A stretch of 64,000 nt of DNA from a virus: the IMG/VR virus record IMGVR_UViG_3300029712_000001, one strand, 5' to 3'. The translations under genes and the position numbers were made by a program. The notes under the pieces are model-generated. The model did not search any database. It saw nothing but the letters and a program-made list of their open reading frames with translations, and had not been told where the DNA came from. Positions 30,401 through 40,039 of this stretch are shown one piece after another; positions within the stretch are counted from its first letter, which is position 1; each line of letters opens with the position of its first letter.

Positions 30401-33400
30401 TCGTCTCTTTTGCCAGACGTATAATTATATTGATCTTGTGATAGGTCGTTATATGGGTAATTAGGATAGATATTTACATTACCATCGTCTCCTATGTATC
30501 TAAGCATATCATAGGCTAATCCTGAAGCCACAACCGACCTATTTAGCCTCCTATCTCCACGATACAGTTCATATCCTACGATCGTATCTCTTTGTTGTTG
30601 CGTAATCAAACCAGAATCTACCGCAAAATCCAAAAACACTTGTATGGTGTTCTCATCCACCATAATACCTACCGGATATATTTCAGAAGCTATGTCATAT
30701 CCACGTTCATCACTGTTCATAAAAGGTATATGCTTGTTATCTGGGAACCGGTAATGACGTATAGGTTGTTGGCAAAATACGGTAGAAGTATCTACTCCTC
30801 CATAAGAATGACCCTTGAAATAAGATAATCCATTTTTGTCTGACAAAGGAGCACCATAATATTCCGTTAACTTATTCATAATATTAGAATAAGCTTCTGT
30901 TTTTTTTGGATCATCATAAGATCTTCCTGTATCTATTTTCATCCTACTACTATCATAAAGTTCAAAATTAGCAGGATATTTCTCAGATGATTCCCAATAT
31001 GCAAAATCCCCGTATTTATAAGGACGAGGCTTGCAATTGATGGGCCTATCTCCACATGTCTGACATTTAGATGCAAATAAGACAGTTGATCTAAGTGTTA
31101 TAGAATCCACAGACAAATCAATCTTATTTACCTCCTTTTCTCTTACACCAAAAATATACGGATATATAGTTTTACCTGTAGCAAAAGAAACGCCTAAAAT
31201 AGCACGAGACGGTTTCTTGCTTGGTTCCTCCTCCTCGTCTGGAGTATCCTTATTCTTATATTCACAAAATTGTATTTGTCTGAATGTCATTATCCAAGGA
31301 ACAGCTACAACCGGAGATTCTATTGTTACATAAAAATAATCTTGTTTTATCGTTTCTTTAAAGAATTTATCATCTATAGTTCCCCATGCGGGTCTTGCTA
31401 TATTGATAATAACCGAATGTCCTGAAGCATGTTCCGGCCTATCGAAATCTACTGGTATTATGCCAAGTGGATTCCATGTCTCTATATCCTTCCAAAAAGA
31501 AACACGAACGTAATTGGTAGACACAGCATCCATTATACCATCTATCTTCCCAAGGGCTTCAAGATAAAGGACCTTATTTTCTTCCTTATATCCTTCTATA
31601 TCCCATTCCTCCGGCCTATTGATTCTAATAAACCTGGCATTGGTCATTACATTCCTCACAAACTTGCGTACTACAAATTCAGAAGCAAATCCTATATTAA
31701 GTTTATCTCCAGTAGGATTTTCAAATGTTGCATTATTTACATACCCCTCAAATTCCCAGTCCGTTTCAGGTATGCCAGTGTCCGCATTTTTGTATATCAT
31801 ATCCTGGAGCTTCTTGGAAGCATCAGGCCAGAACTGTTCAATGCAATATTTCGGTCCGTTCTTTGATCGGTATTGATCATTTATTACCGTACTCGTTGAT
31901 CTTCCAGCCCTCCAATTACCTTTTCCATTTATCTCTTGACTCCACCCATCTATATGTAAAATATATCCTCCAAGGATGTAATTATTGTTTTGAAAGTTAT
32001 TATAATCAGACCTTGAAACAGTAGGATCCGAACAATAATTTTCAATATAACAACCACATGTACAAGGCATTGTATCAAGAATATATATTGCATCTGACAC
32101 TGTTTTTAATATACTCCCTGGTTGTAAATACGGATAGAACTCAGAACAAAGATGCCGTTCGCCATCGCCGGATACCTTACCTGCGTCGTCACCAAAAAAT
32201 GCTTCATCCATCCATTCAGACAAAGAATCCATTGTATCGTAATTGAATAGAACAGAATACTTATTCTGGTTCTCACCTCCGGTTGTATATAAATAGTCGG
32301 TAGACACGTGCTCCATGTCTTCTAATTCTTTATATATATAGTCCTCTACAATACCAGTTATTAAAGGAACTGGAGCTGACAATATAGATTCTTGACGATG
32401 AGGTACTTCGCAGTCTCCTTCCATTTCTGGTAACCTAATATGATCAATTGGCTCCATATAATCCTGTGTTCCATCTTCTCTGTATTTGGTAGCTATATCA
32501 CATATCTGTCTTTCATTGTTTCCATTCTCCTTATTATTACAAGCTACAAGACCTATATTTTCAGACAAATAATTTATAGGGGTTCCTACAATATCATCAT
32601 AATCGATAATAAATCTTGATTTCCCTTTAAAAGTAGCGAAATTGCTTTCCACTATAACAGTTTGACCTACAGTAGCCGGGTTGTTACACTCTTTCTGTTC
32701 TTCATCTATAACAACCACATCGTCGTCAATCAATACCCCATCTCCTGCCGTATTGCTATACTGCCATACATATTTCCTATTAACACCTGAGCAATCCGGA
32801 GCATATGCGTTTATAGACTGGTATGGGATACTGTCTTTGTTCATTTCCTCTCTTGCCTTATCAGAAGGTGGGGGAACAAGAACGAATGCTGGAGTTTTAT
32901 AACCAGTAGATGTCTTAAACGAGATAGAAAACGGATACACTTCATTCCTCATATATCCCACATACAACGAACAAGCATTACCATCCTTATATAAATCTTC
33001 GTGGGCTACAGACGCCTGCCATTTCAAGAAATGACCCATGAGGGAAACTACAGGCTGTAAATTCCATTCTTTTTCTGCCGTAAGACCATATTGAAGAAGA
33101 CGGTTACCGACCGACACTATGCCCCTTGATGTATTATATATGGCTCTTTTTAAAGAAATGTGTTCGAATGTCGTTCTTTTGTTGTTAAGATCAGAATAAT
33201 AGTATATGGTCTTCTCTGTAATAGGATGAATGCCTTCTATAAAATAATCAACTACAGGTTGCGTTTCACCATTGTATCCTACAGTGTTTTGGATAACAGC
33301 TACCTTGTAATGACTAACTTGCCTATCTAAGTTAGACACCTTAAGTCTTATACCAAGATTAGTTCTCTCTCCCCATTTACCGTCATTGATCCTAATATAT

Positions 33401-34215
33401 TGCTCGTCAAATACATGAACAGGGTTAGTCAATGAAGTATAGTTAGTTTTCTCGTTACCAAATTCATCGCACAAGGCCACAGCAAACTGATACACGCCCG
33501 CACGTAGGCTGCCCCCGTACTCTATCTGTACCGGCTCTACGCATGGCTGGTCCAGTAGTGGAAACACCCTAAGTTTCTCACATGCCAGAAAACAACCATT
33601 CTCCTGCATGAACTTTTTCCTATCGTATTCTTTATCGCATATCTTATACCCATGATAATGATACCATATATCACCTTCATCATCAGGAGTCAGAGCCTTG
33701 TCTACAATAACATACCTGGGAGGATTATAATCGTCAGTCCAGTAAATGCATCTCCCACATTTCTCTGTCTTTATTTCTATGGTTTTTATAGGATGGTAGA
33801 TAGAGAAATTAAGGCACGGATCTTGCTCGTTGTCTTCCAGCAAAGTTTTCATGCCAGAACACAACGACTCCGATCCTTCTACCATAGATTCTATATCGGA
33901 ATCGGATAAGATACTTGTATCGGATTCAGGCTTGAAATAAGTTATTTTAGATACGCCTGTTTCAGGATTTGTTATAAAAAAATAGATATTGCCTGAAGTA
34001 AGATCATTCTTGTAACCAATAACTTTAAACCCATCGAAATCAATGCATTTAAGATTACTATGCTCGTTAGATCTCATCCCAACATTACCATCCTCGGATT
34101 CGATGTTGGCATTCAAGGCAAACGTATAATGCTGATCCGTAAGACTCGACGGATGCAGATCGCGATTCATACCTGTTTGAGGAACCGCTATGTTTCTGTT
34201 ATCTTCTGATGCCAT
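27442..34215 (-). CDS. giant virion structural protein of unknown function (2257 aa)
   Basis: 6.8-kb uninterrupted ORF with ATG at 34215. No catalytic motif was recognised, and no DxDGD of crAss-type RNA polymerases was found. Confidence 0.7.
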   Translation of the reverse strand: MASEDNRNIAVPQTGMNRDLHPSSLTDQHYTFALNANIESEDGNVGMRSNEHSNLKCIDFDGFKVIGYKNDLTSGNIYFFITNPETGVSKITYFKPESDTSILSDSDIESMVEGSESLCSGMKTLLEDNEQDPCLNFSIYHPIKTIEIKTEKCGRCIYWTDDYNPPRYVIVDKALTPDDEGDIWYHYHGYKICDKEYDRKKFMQENGCFLACEKLRVFPLLDQPCVEPVQIEYGGSLRAGVYQFAVALCDEFGNEKTNYTSLTNPVHVFDEQYIRINDGKWGERTNLGIRLKVSNLDRQVSHYKVAVIQNTVGYNGETQPVVDYFIEGIHPITEKTIYYYSDLNNKRTTFEHISLKRAIYNTSRGIVSVGNRLLQYGLTAEKEWNLQPVVSLMGHFLKWQASVAHEDLYKDGNACSLYVGYMRNEVYPFSISFKTSTGYKTPAFVLVPPPSDKAREEMNKDSIPYQSINAYAPDCSGVNRKYVWQYSNTAGDGVLIDDDVVVIDEEQKECNNPATVGQTVIVESNFATFKGKSRFIIDYDDIVGTPINYLSENIGLVACNNKENGNNERQICDIATKYREDGTQDYMEPIDHIRLPEMEGDCEVPHRQESILSAPVPLITGIVEDYIYKELEDMEHVSTDYLYTTGGENQNKYSVLFNYDTMDSLSEWMDEAFFGDDAGKVSGDGERHLCSEFYPYLQPGSILKTVSDAIYILDTMPCTCGCYIENYCSDPTVSRSDYNNFQNNNYILGGYILHIDGWSQEINGKGNWRAGRSTSTVINDQYRSKNGPKYCIEQFWPDASKKLQDMIYKNADTGIPETDWEFEGYVNNATFENPTGDKLNIGFASEFVVRKFVRNVMTNARFIRINRPEEWDIEGYKEENKVLYLEALGKIDGIMDAVSTNYVRVSFWKDIETWNPLGIIPVDFDRPEHASGHSVIINIARPAWGTIDDKFFKETIKQDYFYVTIESPVVAVPWIMTFRQIQFCEYKNKDTPDEEEEPSKKPSRAILGVSFATGKTIYPYIFGVREKEVNKIDLSVDSITLRSTVLFASKCQTCGDRPINCKPRPYKYGDFAYWESSEKYPANFELYDSSRMKIDTGRSYDDPKKTEAYSNIMNKLTEYYGAPLSDKNGLSYFKGHSYGGVDTSTVFCQQPIRHYRFPDNKHIPFMNSDERGYDIASEIYPVGIMVDENTIQVFLDFAVDSGLITQQQRDTIVGYELYRGDRRLNRSVVASGLAYDMLRYIGDDGNVNIYPNYPYNDLSQDQYNYTSGKRDEFISHPFDKGGNVWYSFCSPDIYFNKPELPNEVCIDGFQRGMSVGSFVPVEDHPKWTILGPAAYTMAASLAAVESSATIAAMIAEELQIRAQSGYIGGSAGLTGGGFLTNLSVAMLFSSMVSTISQTLAKGPILYGKYRYDWLNTFINNGPRRNHAWYYTSVGLYNSMIGITDQDKYERNFARGLSSVKYMKSGVYPMMDASMSSKWGTGKNDNEGRFLFVNNIDRESSLFLSFGDPGEKGDGKSKYLLEYPNYVYNYDSSRIDDSVIAGRDVVAGRTFEQSKSVSYICSPYMRLMRYRPDQYGQIEDIKWISIGGCGFFTNEKKLMFGGDTVITRFSLKRKFPVFYNSAFGIGDMIPFPYMDYRNVGYPRYFVNYDTGEDALETTDNERFNSWTSSNKGRYAFYPNRKSLYELNGDTSGKYVDGRFYTWFYGIPQFLVESEINCNFRLEGPQPHELFYPKVGDFVWWTQEKNVSIHRDNDYKISPIYSSRMTLTPNVLPATYERRFYDCAYQRPNGVIWSRADVSENSQTDPWLTYKPMDYHEFPTSNGKLIHMKRIESNQILVRFEDQVSLHNAIDVIKERTSPGQAEMGTGGLFASRPLEYNTTDLGYSGTQSTEIISSEFGHFWVDTKRAQVFMTDPNGRNLKELSVGIRHWLKRHLPFKILRYGITNILTGTEMTEEDTDNKFIGLGLSLGWDNRYKRVLITKKDYIPVKNPAYYKYDGGRFLYNETEVLSNDKEISLKDEQYFKDVSFTIGYSCLKQEWISYYSFCPDYYIEQQQYFQTGINFPTSDEEGGLWSHLLTNKSFQTFYGATYPFILEVPIKEKYNGSTLASVEYELDARKYVDDVNYTLDRKVGLDTITIYNDTNNSGEIHLVPEEKNNLAQRISYPKIVGDYTEVLDTEVYRRHKLNDFFNRVDDDRSDTPIWIKDDNDINKSVNPDALNFRRSWLDRLRGSWMLMRIKKVISSRKIIFQWLISEDKIKNR

Positions 34216-34293
34216 CTTTGTAACTGTTTGTCACAAAGATAGCAAAAGAGATTTAATCATGGGCTTTCAAAGTGAGCGTAAAATGGCAGATAA

Positions 34294-35040
34294 TCACCCT
34301 GTCTTATATCTTTTACCCCTAATCAACACAGTGCCATCACCGCCGGCTCCGGCAAAAACCATAGAGTATCTGACGCCGCCTCCTCCGCCGCCATAACCTC
34401 CACCTCCTTTACCAGATCCGTTTGTTGATCCTCCTGTGCCAGATCCTTCACTATAATCGGATATTCCGCCTTGGAATACTACTCCGGTATTGGTTTCTCC
34501 GCTTCCACCACCGGCATTTCTTTTACCGCCGGATTCTCCAAAATCTCTGGTAGTATGACCTTGACCTTTGATTACTCCATACTCTTCTCCATTAGTGTTT
34601 CCACCATCCGAAGCAGCATCTTGCGTATATGTCGAACTGCCGGCACTACCACCATCTCCTCCCCTCCGCTTATTAGCTCCCTTTCCTCCATTTGCTCTAT
34701 AAGACGAGCTCATAAATTGAGAATAACCACCATCTTTACCAGGAGAATTTTGTTCGGCTTGATAAACTTGTGCTCCTCCTTTTCCTACTATTATAGAAAT
34801 AGATTGACCAGGTTTTACAGCAATAGCTTCTCCGTCTTTCCAGCCTTTGTTATCAGATTTGAAGGTCTTGGTATAACCACCTCCACCGCCGGCAGAGCTA
34901 CCGCTGCCTCCGCCTCCAACTAAAAAAACGTCTACGAGAAAACAGCCATCAGGAACTATCCATGTGTAATTGCCAGCCGGATAAAACCTTATAAGAAAGT
35001 CTTCAAGCTCCCTGTCTTTATATTCGAATCTCCTCCTCAT
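34294..35040 (-). CDS. glycine-rich domain protein (tail-fibre-associated type)
   Basis: Repeated GGGGSGSSAGGGGG, GGDGGSAGSS, GKGGGGYGGGGGG and AGAGGDGTV tracts after a short N-terminal beta region. Confidence 0.65.
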   Translation of the reverse strand: MRRRFEYKDRELEDFLIRFYPAGNYTWIVPDGCFLVDVFLVGGGGSGSSAGGGGGYTKTFKSDNKGWKDGEAIAVKPGQSISIIVGKGGAQVYQAEQNSPGKDGGYSQFMSSSYRANGGKGANKRRGGDGGSAGSSTYTQDAASDGGNTNGEEYGVIKGQGHTTRDFGESGGKRNAGGGSGETNTGVVFQGGISDYSEGSGTGGSTNGSGKGGGGYGGGGGGVRYSMVFAGAGGDGTVLIRGKRYKTG

Positions 35041-35043
35041 AAT

Positions 35044-35514
35044 TTACGCAAATATATAAAAAGAATCATTGTGATATATACTACTCTCTGTTGCAGAAGT
35101 AATACAATCAACATTTTCATCTGCATTATTAATAAGATCTCTCATTCCATCGTATCTATTAGAAAACATAAAAACGTACCTCTGGTCATTTATCTGAAAC
35201 TTGTATATAATACCCTGTTGTTCACTTGCAGGATACGGGTCAAATCTAATCCATATTGCCATTGGTTCGTAACCGGTAGAGGTGCTTGAAAACGAAAAAG
35301 AAACTGAACTATGAGTATGAATATTAAAGGCCGTTCCTTCTCTAAGTTGATTCAATACGCTATTTATCTTATCCTGGCTAATTGTATCGGATTTGATTTT
35401 ATTCATTAAATTAAATAACCTGATCCTATCTCCAGGCTCGATTTCTGTTTCTGCACAATGATAAATAGCTCCATTACCAGATCTCTGTTCTTCAAAATAT
35501 CTTCTCCTACTCAT
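35044..35514 (-). CDS. hypothetical protein (156 aa)
   Basis: ORF track. Overlaps the upstream gene by 8 nt. Confidence 0.55.
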   Translation of the reverse strand: MSRRRYFEEQRSGNGAIYHCAETEIEPGDRIRLFNLMNKIKSDTISQDKINSVLNQLREGTAFNIHTHSSVSFSFSSTSTGYEPMAIWIRFDPYPASEQQGIIYKFQINDQRYVFMFSNRYDGMRDLINNADENVDCITSATESSIYHNDSFYIFA

Positions 35515-35974
35515 AATGATACTCCTTCCTATAATAACCGAGGAAACTAAACCCTTCCGACTCCTTCCTCAAAACATCATGCCGATTCCAATACTTTTCT
35601 AAGTCGAAGGCTTCTCTTTCAAACACGATATTATGATATGCCTTATCATGATCGCGATATATGCACAACCTAATCAGGTACTCAATTAAATACCATGAAT
35701 AGTATAAAAATATCGGAATAAGAGACAACCACAGCATCCACCATCCTACATTACCGAATAAGAGACACAATCCTATTGTAAGCAAAGACACGAACATACC
35801 AAAACAAAACATTGTATGATACTGATTACAATGCGACTCTTCATGATATTCGGCCTTCAGTGATATAGCATCACGTTCGGTAAATACGGCTCCAAATAAC
35901 ATAATTGTTTTGTAGCCGTCAATGAACGTAAATAACTTGGCTATTTTTAATTTATAATATATTTTCATTGCCAA
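35507..35974 (-). CDS. small integral-membrane protein with an HExxH motif
   Basis: YHEESHCNQYH is followed by two or three hydrophobic helices (MFCFGMFVSLLTIGLCLLFGNVGWWMLWLSLIPIFLYYSWYLI). Confidence 0.5.
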   Translation of the reverse strand: MAMKIYYKLKIAKLFTFIDGYKTIMLFGAVFTERDAISLKAEYHEESHCNQYHTMFCFGMFVSLLTIGLCLLFGNVGWWMLWLSLIPIFLYYSWYLIEYLIRLCIYRDHDKAYHNIVFEREAFDLEKYWNRHDVLRKESEGFSFLGYYRKEYHYE

Positions 35975-37085
35975 AAATAATTTTAAACCAATTGCACAAA
36001 ATCAAAAACTCAATAGGAGAATTAACTCCATCCCATTCCCATTTTTCGAGATAAGATCTTAACTTGCTTTTATCAACGTCTTCACCCCCTCTAAGAAAAA
36101 CAAGATGCGGCATAAATAGCTCTCCCCCTTCCAGAGACTTGTTAAACTTGTTAACCAACCTCTTTCTAAACTTAGGACCGTACCATGATTTTTCATTTGT
36201 GGACCCAAGGCAATAGTAAGAATTGTTTTTAGCCTTAATACCGAACCATTTACATATGTATGGATGATATACCCTATCTGCTAAGAATATAAATGGTTTA
36301 TACCATAGGCAATGCCAGAATGTACTGCACTCGCCTCCAAACTTCTTAAAAGCCCATCTGAACCCTCCAGAGAAGTACCAATTGTTAGCCCCTCTCTTAA
36401 CCTTAACTTTGTATTTAAGATTCTTATTCCGGTTACTAACCCTATCCCACGGCTTAACCTTATCGGTATCCATATCAGGAAGGAATGTCCAATGATGAAG
36501 CAAGGCGCTATAATAAGGATTGTATATCTTGTGTCTGTTTCTAATAACGTACTCAAAAATATCGTATCCTACTTGCCCGGCTTCTTCAAATCCTTTTTCT
36601 GACAAGAAAGCTAATATAGGAGCCAGATTCCAGATCTGATCTTGTGAAGTGAATGGGGAGAAGCAAGGGTCTTCATCTTTTAACTCTATACCATTAGTAT
36701 ATCCGGAGCTTATCTTGGTAAGACCGAATTTGCTTGCGTCTTCGCTATGGATATCGTCTCTTAAGAAAAATCCTTTTTCGAATTTGAAATAAATACCTTT
36801 GTTGTTATTAAAAAATAGATCATAAGTAGTATCGGCAAGACGGGTAAGTACCAATATGGAATTACGCACATCATCTTCTGTCTTGCTGCCAAGAACCATT
36901 TCCGTGTATATAAACTGGAGATAATGAGCCAGGTTGATAGTTCCGTCGCCGACCCAGCCTGCCCCGTTCTTCACCGACGACAGGGGGATGCACGAGGCCT
37001 GCTCTGTGTAGCTGGAATCATAAACAAAATCCCGGTAAAACACCTCCTTAATCCTATTGTATTTATCCCAAAGACCTTCCATCAC
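35952..37085 (-). CDS. hypothetical protein (377 aa)
   Basis: ORF track. No confident motif. Confidence 0.55.
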   Translation of the reverse strand: MMEGLWDKYNRIKEVFYRDFVYDSSYTEQASCIPLSSVKNGAGWVGDGTINLAHYLQFIYTEMVLGSKTEDDVRNSILVLTRLADTTYDLFFNNNKGIYFKFEKGFFLRDDIHSEDASKFGLTKISSGYTNGIELKDEDPCFSPFTSQDQIWNLAPILAFLSEKGFEEAGQVGYDIFEYVIRNRHKIYNPYYSALLHHWTFLPDMDTDKVKPWDRVSNRNKNLKYKVKVKRGANNWYFSGGFRWAFKKFGGECSTFWHCLWYKPFIFLADRVYHPYICKWFGIKAKNNSYYCLGSTNEKSWYGPKFRKRLVNKFNKSLEGGELFMPHLVFLRGGEDVDKSKLRSYLEKWEWDGVNSPIEFLILCNWFKIIFGNENIL

Positions 37086-37086
37086 C

Positions 37087-37815
37087 TTAACCTATAACAA
37101 CAACACAATCACGCTTTTCCTTATTATAAACCATCGTACCCATCTTAGTGTACAAACCTTTTATATTTTGGTAATTGGTTTCACCATGAGCCGAAACGTT
37201 AGTAGTGATGCTGTCGGAGTAAACTTCCGTACCTCCTTCATTAATGAAATTAAATCCTTGTTTAACCATCTCTCCTCCAAGGTAGGCTGTAAAAGACACA
37301 ACAACATTTCCTCGCCCTCTATTTCCATACCAATTACCATAGATATCAGCATTGATATTAGGTTCCGACTCGTCCATTCCAGGCGCTGATAGCAAGGTCT
37401 TCATCTTAATAAGCGCACCTTCAAGACCGGACTGCATGTTATCACCACCATAAATAAGGTAATCACCTACCTGTTGTTGGGTAGTAGCCCACTGCTTACT
37501 CCATCCAACGTACTTGTTATCCACATTTGATATGCCTGTATTGGTAAAACCGGTTGCAGTATCAAAATCGGAACCGTCTTCTGATTCCCATCCGTATCTA
37601 AGAACAAGATAATCGAACTCAGGGATTACAACGACCTGCTCGCCGGCAGCTTGTGTGATTGTAACGTTCTTACTCTCTCCACCAGCCGTTACCTTAGCTA
37701 CGCCTCTACGATCTTCAGCTACCGGATTAGGGCCGGCTGTGAAAATGATGTTTGCCGGTCCTACGCCTCTCATTTTGTCGGCAGTTACTATTTCGCTTGC
37801 ACTAACTTCTAACAT
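37087..37815 (-). CDS. hypothetical structural protein with an N-terminal Ig/BACON-like segment (242 aa)
   Basis: KVTAGGESKNVTITQAAGEQVVV resembles the end of a BACON/Ig-like domain. Confidence 0.55.
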   Translation of the reverse strand: MLEVSASEIVTADKMRGVGPANIIFTAGPNPVAEDRRGVAKVTAGGESKNVTITQAAGEQVVVIPEFDYLVLRYGWESEDGSDFDTATGFTNTGISNVDNKYVGWSKQWATTQQQVGDYLIYGGDNMQSGLEGALIKMKTLLSAPGMDESEPNINADIYGNWYGNRGRGNVVVSFTAYLGGEMVKQGFNFINEGGTEVYSDSITTNVSAHGETNYQNIKGLYTKMGTMVYNKEKRDCVVVIG

Positions 37816-37816
37816 C

Positions 37817-37984
37817 TTATTTATTTTTTAATATTTCGAATACGTATATCCAACTCGACAAAAATACTATTGGGCAATACATTGTCTCTACCAAACTCGC
37901 ATCTCCTTTAAATTGCCTGATTGACCAAACAATCATAGATATAATAACACCAAGCAAGTATATAAATAGAACTACTTCCGTCAT
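37817..37984 (-). CDS. unlisted 55-aa two-TM membrane protein, translationally coupled (ATGA)
   Basis: Manual translation gives MTEVVLFIYLLGVIISMIVWSIRQFKGDASLVETMYCPIVFLSSWIYVFEILKNK. Its ATG overlaps the TGA of 37981..38877, and it fills an otherwise empty 165-bp gap. Confidence 0.5.
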   Translation of the reverse strand: MTEVVLFIYLLGVIISMIVWSIRQFKGDASLVETMYCPIVFLSSWIYVFEILKNK

Positions 37985-38877
37985 ACCAATTTAAGTATAT
38001 TGTCAATTACAGGATACGCCTTAGTATATATTTCAAACTCAGCACGGCGCCGCCTAAGAGGTTCGTACATGCCTTTTAATGTCATACCCATCATCTTAAG
38101 TTCGGTCTTAGCATTTTTCAGCTTAACCAAATCTTGCTGTGCATACAACTTGAACAAATCGGCAGCCCCTTGTGCTTCTCCATTATACATCAGTTCCTCA
38201 AAGAATCTCATCTTTACAAAATTATCTACATAATCCAATACCAGACCTTGAGGCGTGTCTGGTATAATTATATTAGATTCTCCGTCAAAGGGAAGAGACC
38301 GGTACTGCATGTAAATAGGACCATCGAAATTGGCATACAGGAATCCGTTTACGATATTTATCTCATACGGACTATCCTTGATTACCTTATTCCGGCATTT
38401 ACTTAAACAAGAATCACGAAGCATAGGCTTAGCAAGACCTAACATTACCGGCCGGTCATAATAGCAACGAACTTCATGATCGCGATCATGAACATTGATA
38501 TAAAATTTTTCAACTATCACTTTCTCGCATTCGTCTTTACAACATTCATCGCAAGAACACCACCTATAACTTCTTTCGGTACGTTCTTTCCAAGCTATTG
38601 TATTTTGAAGTTCTGATATCACCTTGTCACCTTCCGGCACCTCATATCCTTTAAAATCGCATTTAAAAGCCAGAATAAGATCAAAGTAATCACCAGGCAT
38701 ACGGGCCTGCCCTCGCTTGACATCCACTACCGCTTCTTTGCGCATAGTAATATCGCCTCCAAACTTCTTCAGGGCAATTTCTATCCATTTGTAGATGGAT
38801 ACCTCATCTATCAGATCACGCTTGTCAAATGATCTTAAAGACGATTTTAACTCTATGATATAATTTTCGACTGTCAT
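37981..38877 (-). CDS. hypothetical Cys-rich protein (298 aa)
   Basis: ORF track. Contains a WCSCDECCKDECEK cluster. Confidence 0.55.
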   Translation of the reverse strand: MTVENYIIELKSSLRSFDKRDLIDEVSIYKWIEIALKKFGGDITMRKEAVVDVKRGQARMPGDYFDLILAFKCDFKGYEVPEGDKVISELQNTIAWKERTERSYRWCSCDECCKDECEKVIVEKFYINVHDRDHEVRCYYDRPVMLGLAKPMLRDSCLSKCRNKVIKDSPYEINIVNGFLYANFDGPIYMQYRSLPFDGESNIIIPDTPQGLVLDYVDNFVKMRFFEELMYNGEAQGAADLFKLYAQQDLVKLKNAKTELKMMGMTLKGMYEPLRRRRAEFEIYTKAYPVIDNILKLV

Positions 38878-38961
38878 CTCTTAAAAAAAAATGGAGGACA
38901 AGAAACGAACCTGACCTCCACAAAGATATAAATAATATGTATAACGCCATATTTTGTGTTT

Positions 38962-39921
38962 TCAAAATTTAGGATCTTCAAACTTGCCGTACTTCAAGAA
39001 AAGGCTCCTACACTTTTCCTTTATCCCCTTAAGTGTGACTTCATATCCGGCACCAGTCATGTAGATGGTTTGCTGATTAACTCTTTCCCCAGAATATTTG
39101 TCAACAAAATATGATCTGTAAACACCAAACTTATTTTTGACAATATCACTGTATAGCTCCCATCTACCCTGCCCATTTCTGAACATAAACTTGACTTCCT
39201 CAAGAAACAAACGAAGATTCTTTTCTGCGATGATGATTCCATTCTGCTCAAGCTTCTTCGCCACATCTCTGATTAGCCACATGTTTTCATGATCCACCTT
39301 CTTAAATGACTCAGAAAACTCTATATCCCCCTTCTTTTCTTCTAACGTATTTACAGCTATTTCTTTTTCCATTCTTTCTTGCTCCGCCCTTTTATGTTCA
39401 GCCAAAGCAATAGCTTCCGCTTGCTGAGCTCTACGATACTGCTTAGCCCATTCTTCGGCTGCTTCTGCCGGATCAGTAAAATTTGGAATAGAAACCAAGT
39501 TTGATGTTAAAAATTCTTTTATCTTCGAGTTACACCATAATCTAAAATCAGTATCCAACCATCTCGCAAAATCTATGGCGAGATCTTCAAACATCCATGT
39601 ACCTCCTCCATTTTCAGGACTTCCAAGCATAGTTGTAACTATCTGATTCTCAGAAAGGTGGGAAAATCCCACCATTGACTTAATTAATTGATTTACAGAC
39701 GGCAACCTTAGATACTCGGCAGGTTTCTTATTGAATGCTTTTGCCATCTGTGTGGCATTTAATAATATACCATAAGAAGTTTTTATAAAAGAAACATTAT
39801 GGCCATTATAGCTAAAAATTTTAGATAATTTTACAGATAAATCCATTTCGTTGGATTCTGACGTCAAAATAATGTTACTATCCTTCGCATTGTTTTGAAA
39901 ATTGTTTACCTTTGCCTCCAT
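38962..39921 (-). CDS. KilA-N domain / KilAC (ANT-type) antirepressor-like protein
   Basis: The N-terminus FSYNGHNVSFIKTSYGILLNATQMAKAFNKKPAEYLRLPSVNQLI matches KilA-N. The C-terminal ~110 aa are about 85% identical to the C-terminus of 3305..4189. Confidence 0.85.
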   Translation of the reverse strand: MEAKVNNFQNNAKDSNIILTSESNEMDLSVKLSKIFSYNGHNVSFIKTSYGILLNATQMAKAFNKKPAEYLRLPSVNQLIKSMVGFSHLSENQIVTTMLGSPENGGGTWMFEDLAIDFARWLDTDFRLWCNSKIKEFLTSNLVSIPNFTDPAEAAEEWAKQYRRAQQAEAIALAEHKRAEQERMEKEIAVNTLEEKKGDIEFSESFKKVDHENMWLIRDVAKKLEQNGIIIAEKNLRLFLEEVKFMFRNGQGRWELYSDIVKNKFGVYRSYFVDKYSGERVNQQTIYMTGAGYEVTLKGIKEKCRSLFLKYGKFEDPKF

Positions 39922-40039
39922 AGAGCTTTATTTGTATAAAGATATTTTGTTAGCATTATATCCGTCCGCTTGCGAAAGTAGACGGATATGCAAAAATAGT
40001 GATTATCCTATATCTACAAAGGGTGATCGCTATTTTTTT

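Noticed and set aside
27442-34215. The 2257-aa ORF, or the 2239-aa ORF at 7717..14436, as the giant virion RNA polymerase of crAss-like phages
   Set aside because: I could not find the DxDGD-type catalytic motif of double-psi beta-barrel polymerases in either translation. Size alone is not evidence, so both are left as structural or ejection proteins of unknown function.
39961-39986. TCCGTC...GACGGA hairpin between the 164-aa gene and the KilA-N gene, considered as an intrinsic terminator
   Set aside because: The stem is 6 bp with a 14-nt loop and no downstream T-run on the transcribed strand. It may still act as an insulator for the KilA-N cassette, but it is too weak to list as a terminator.
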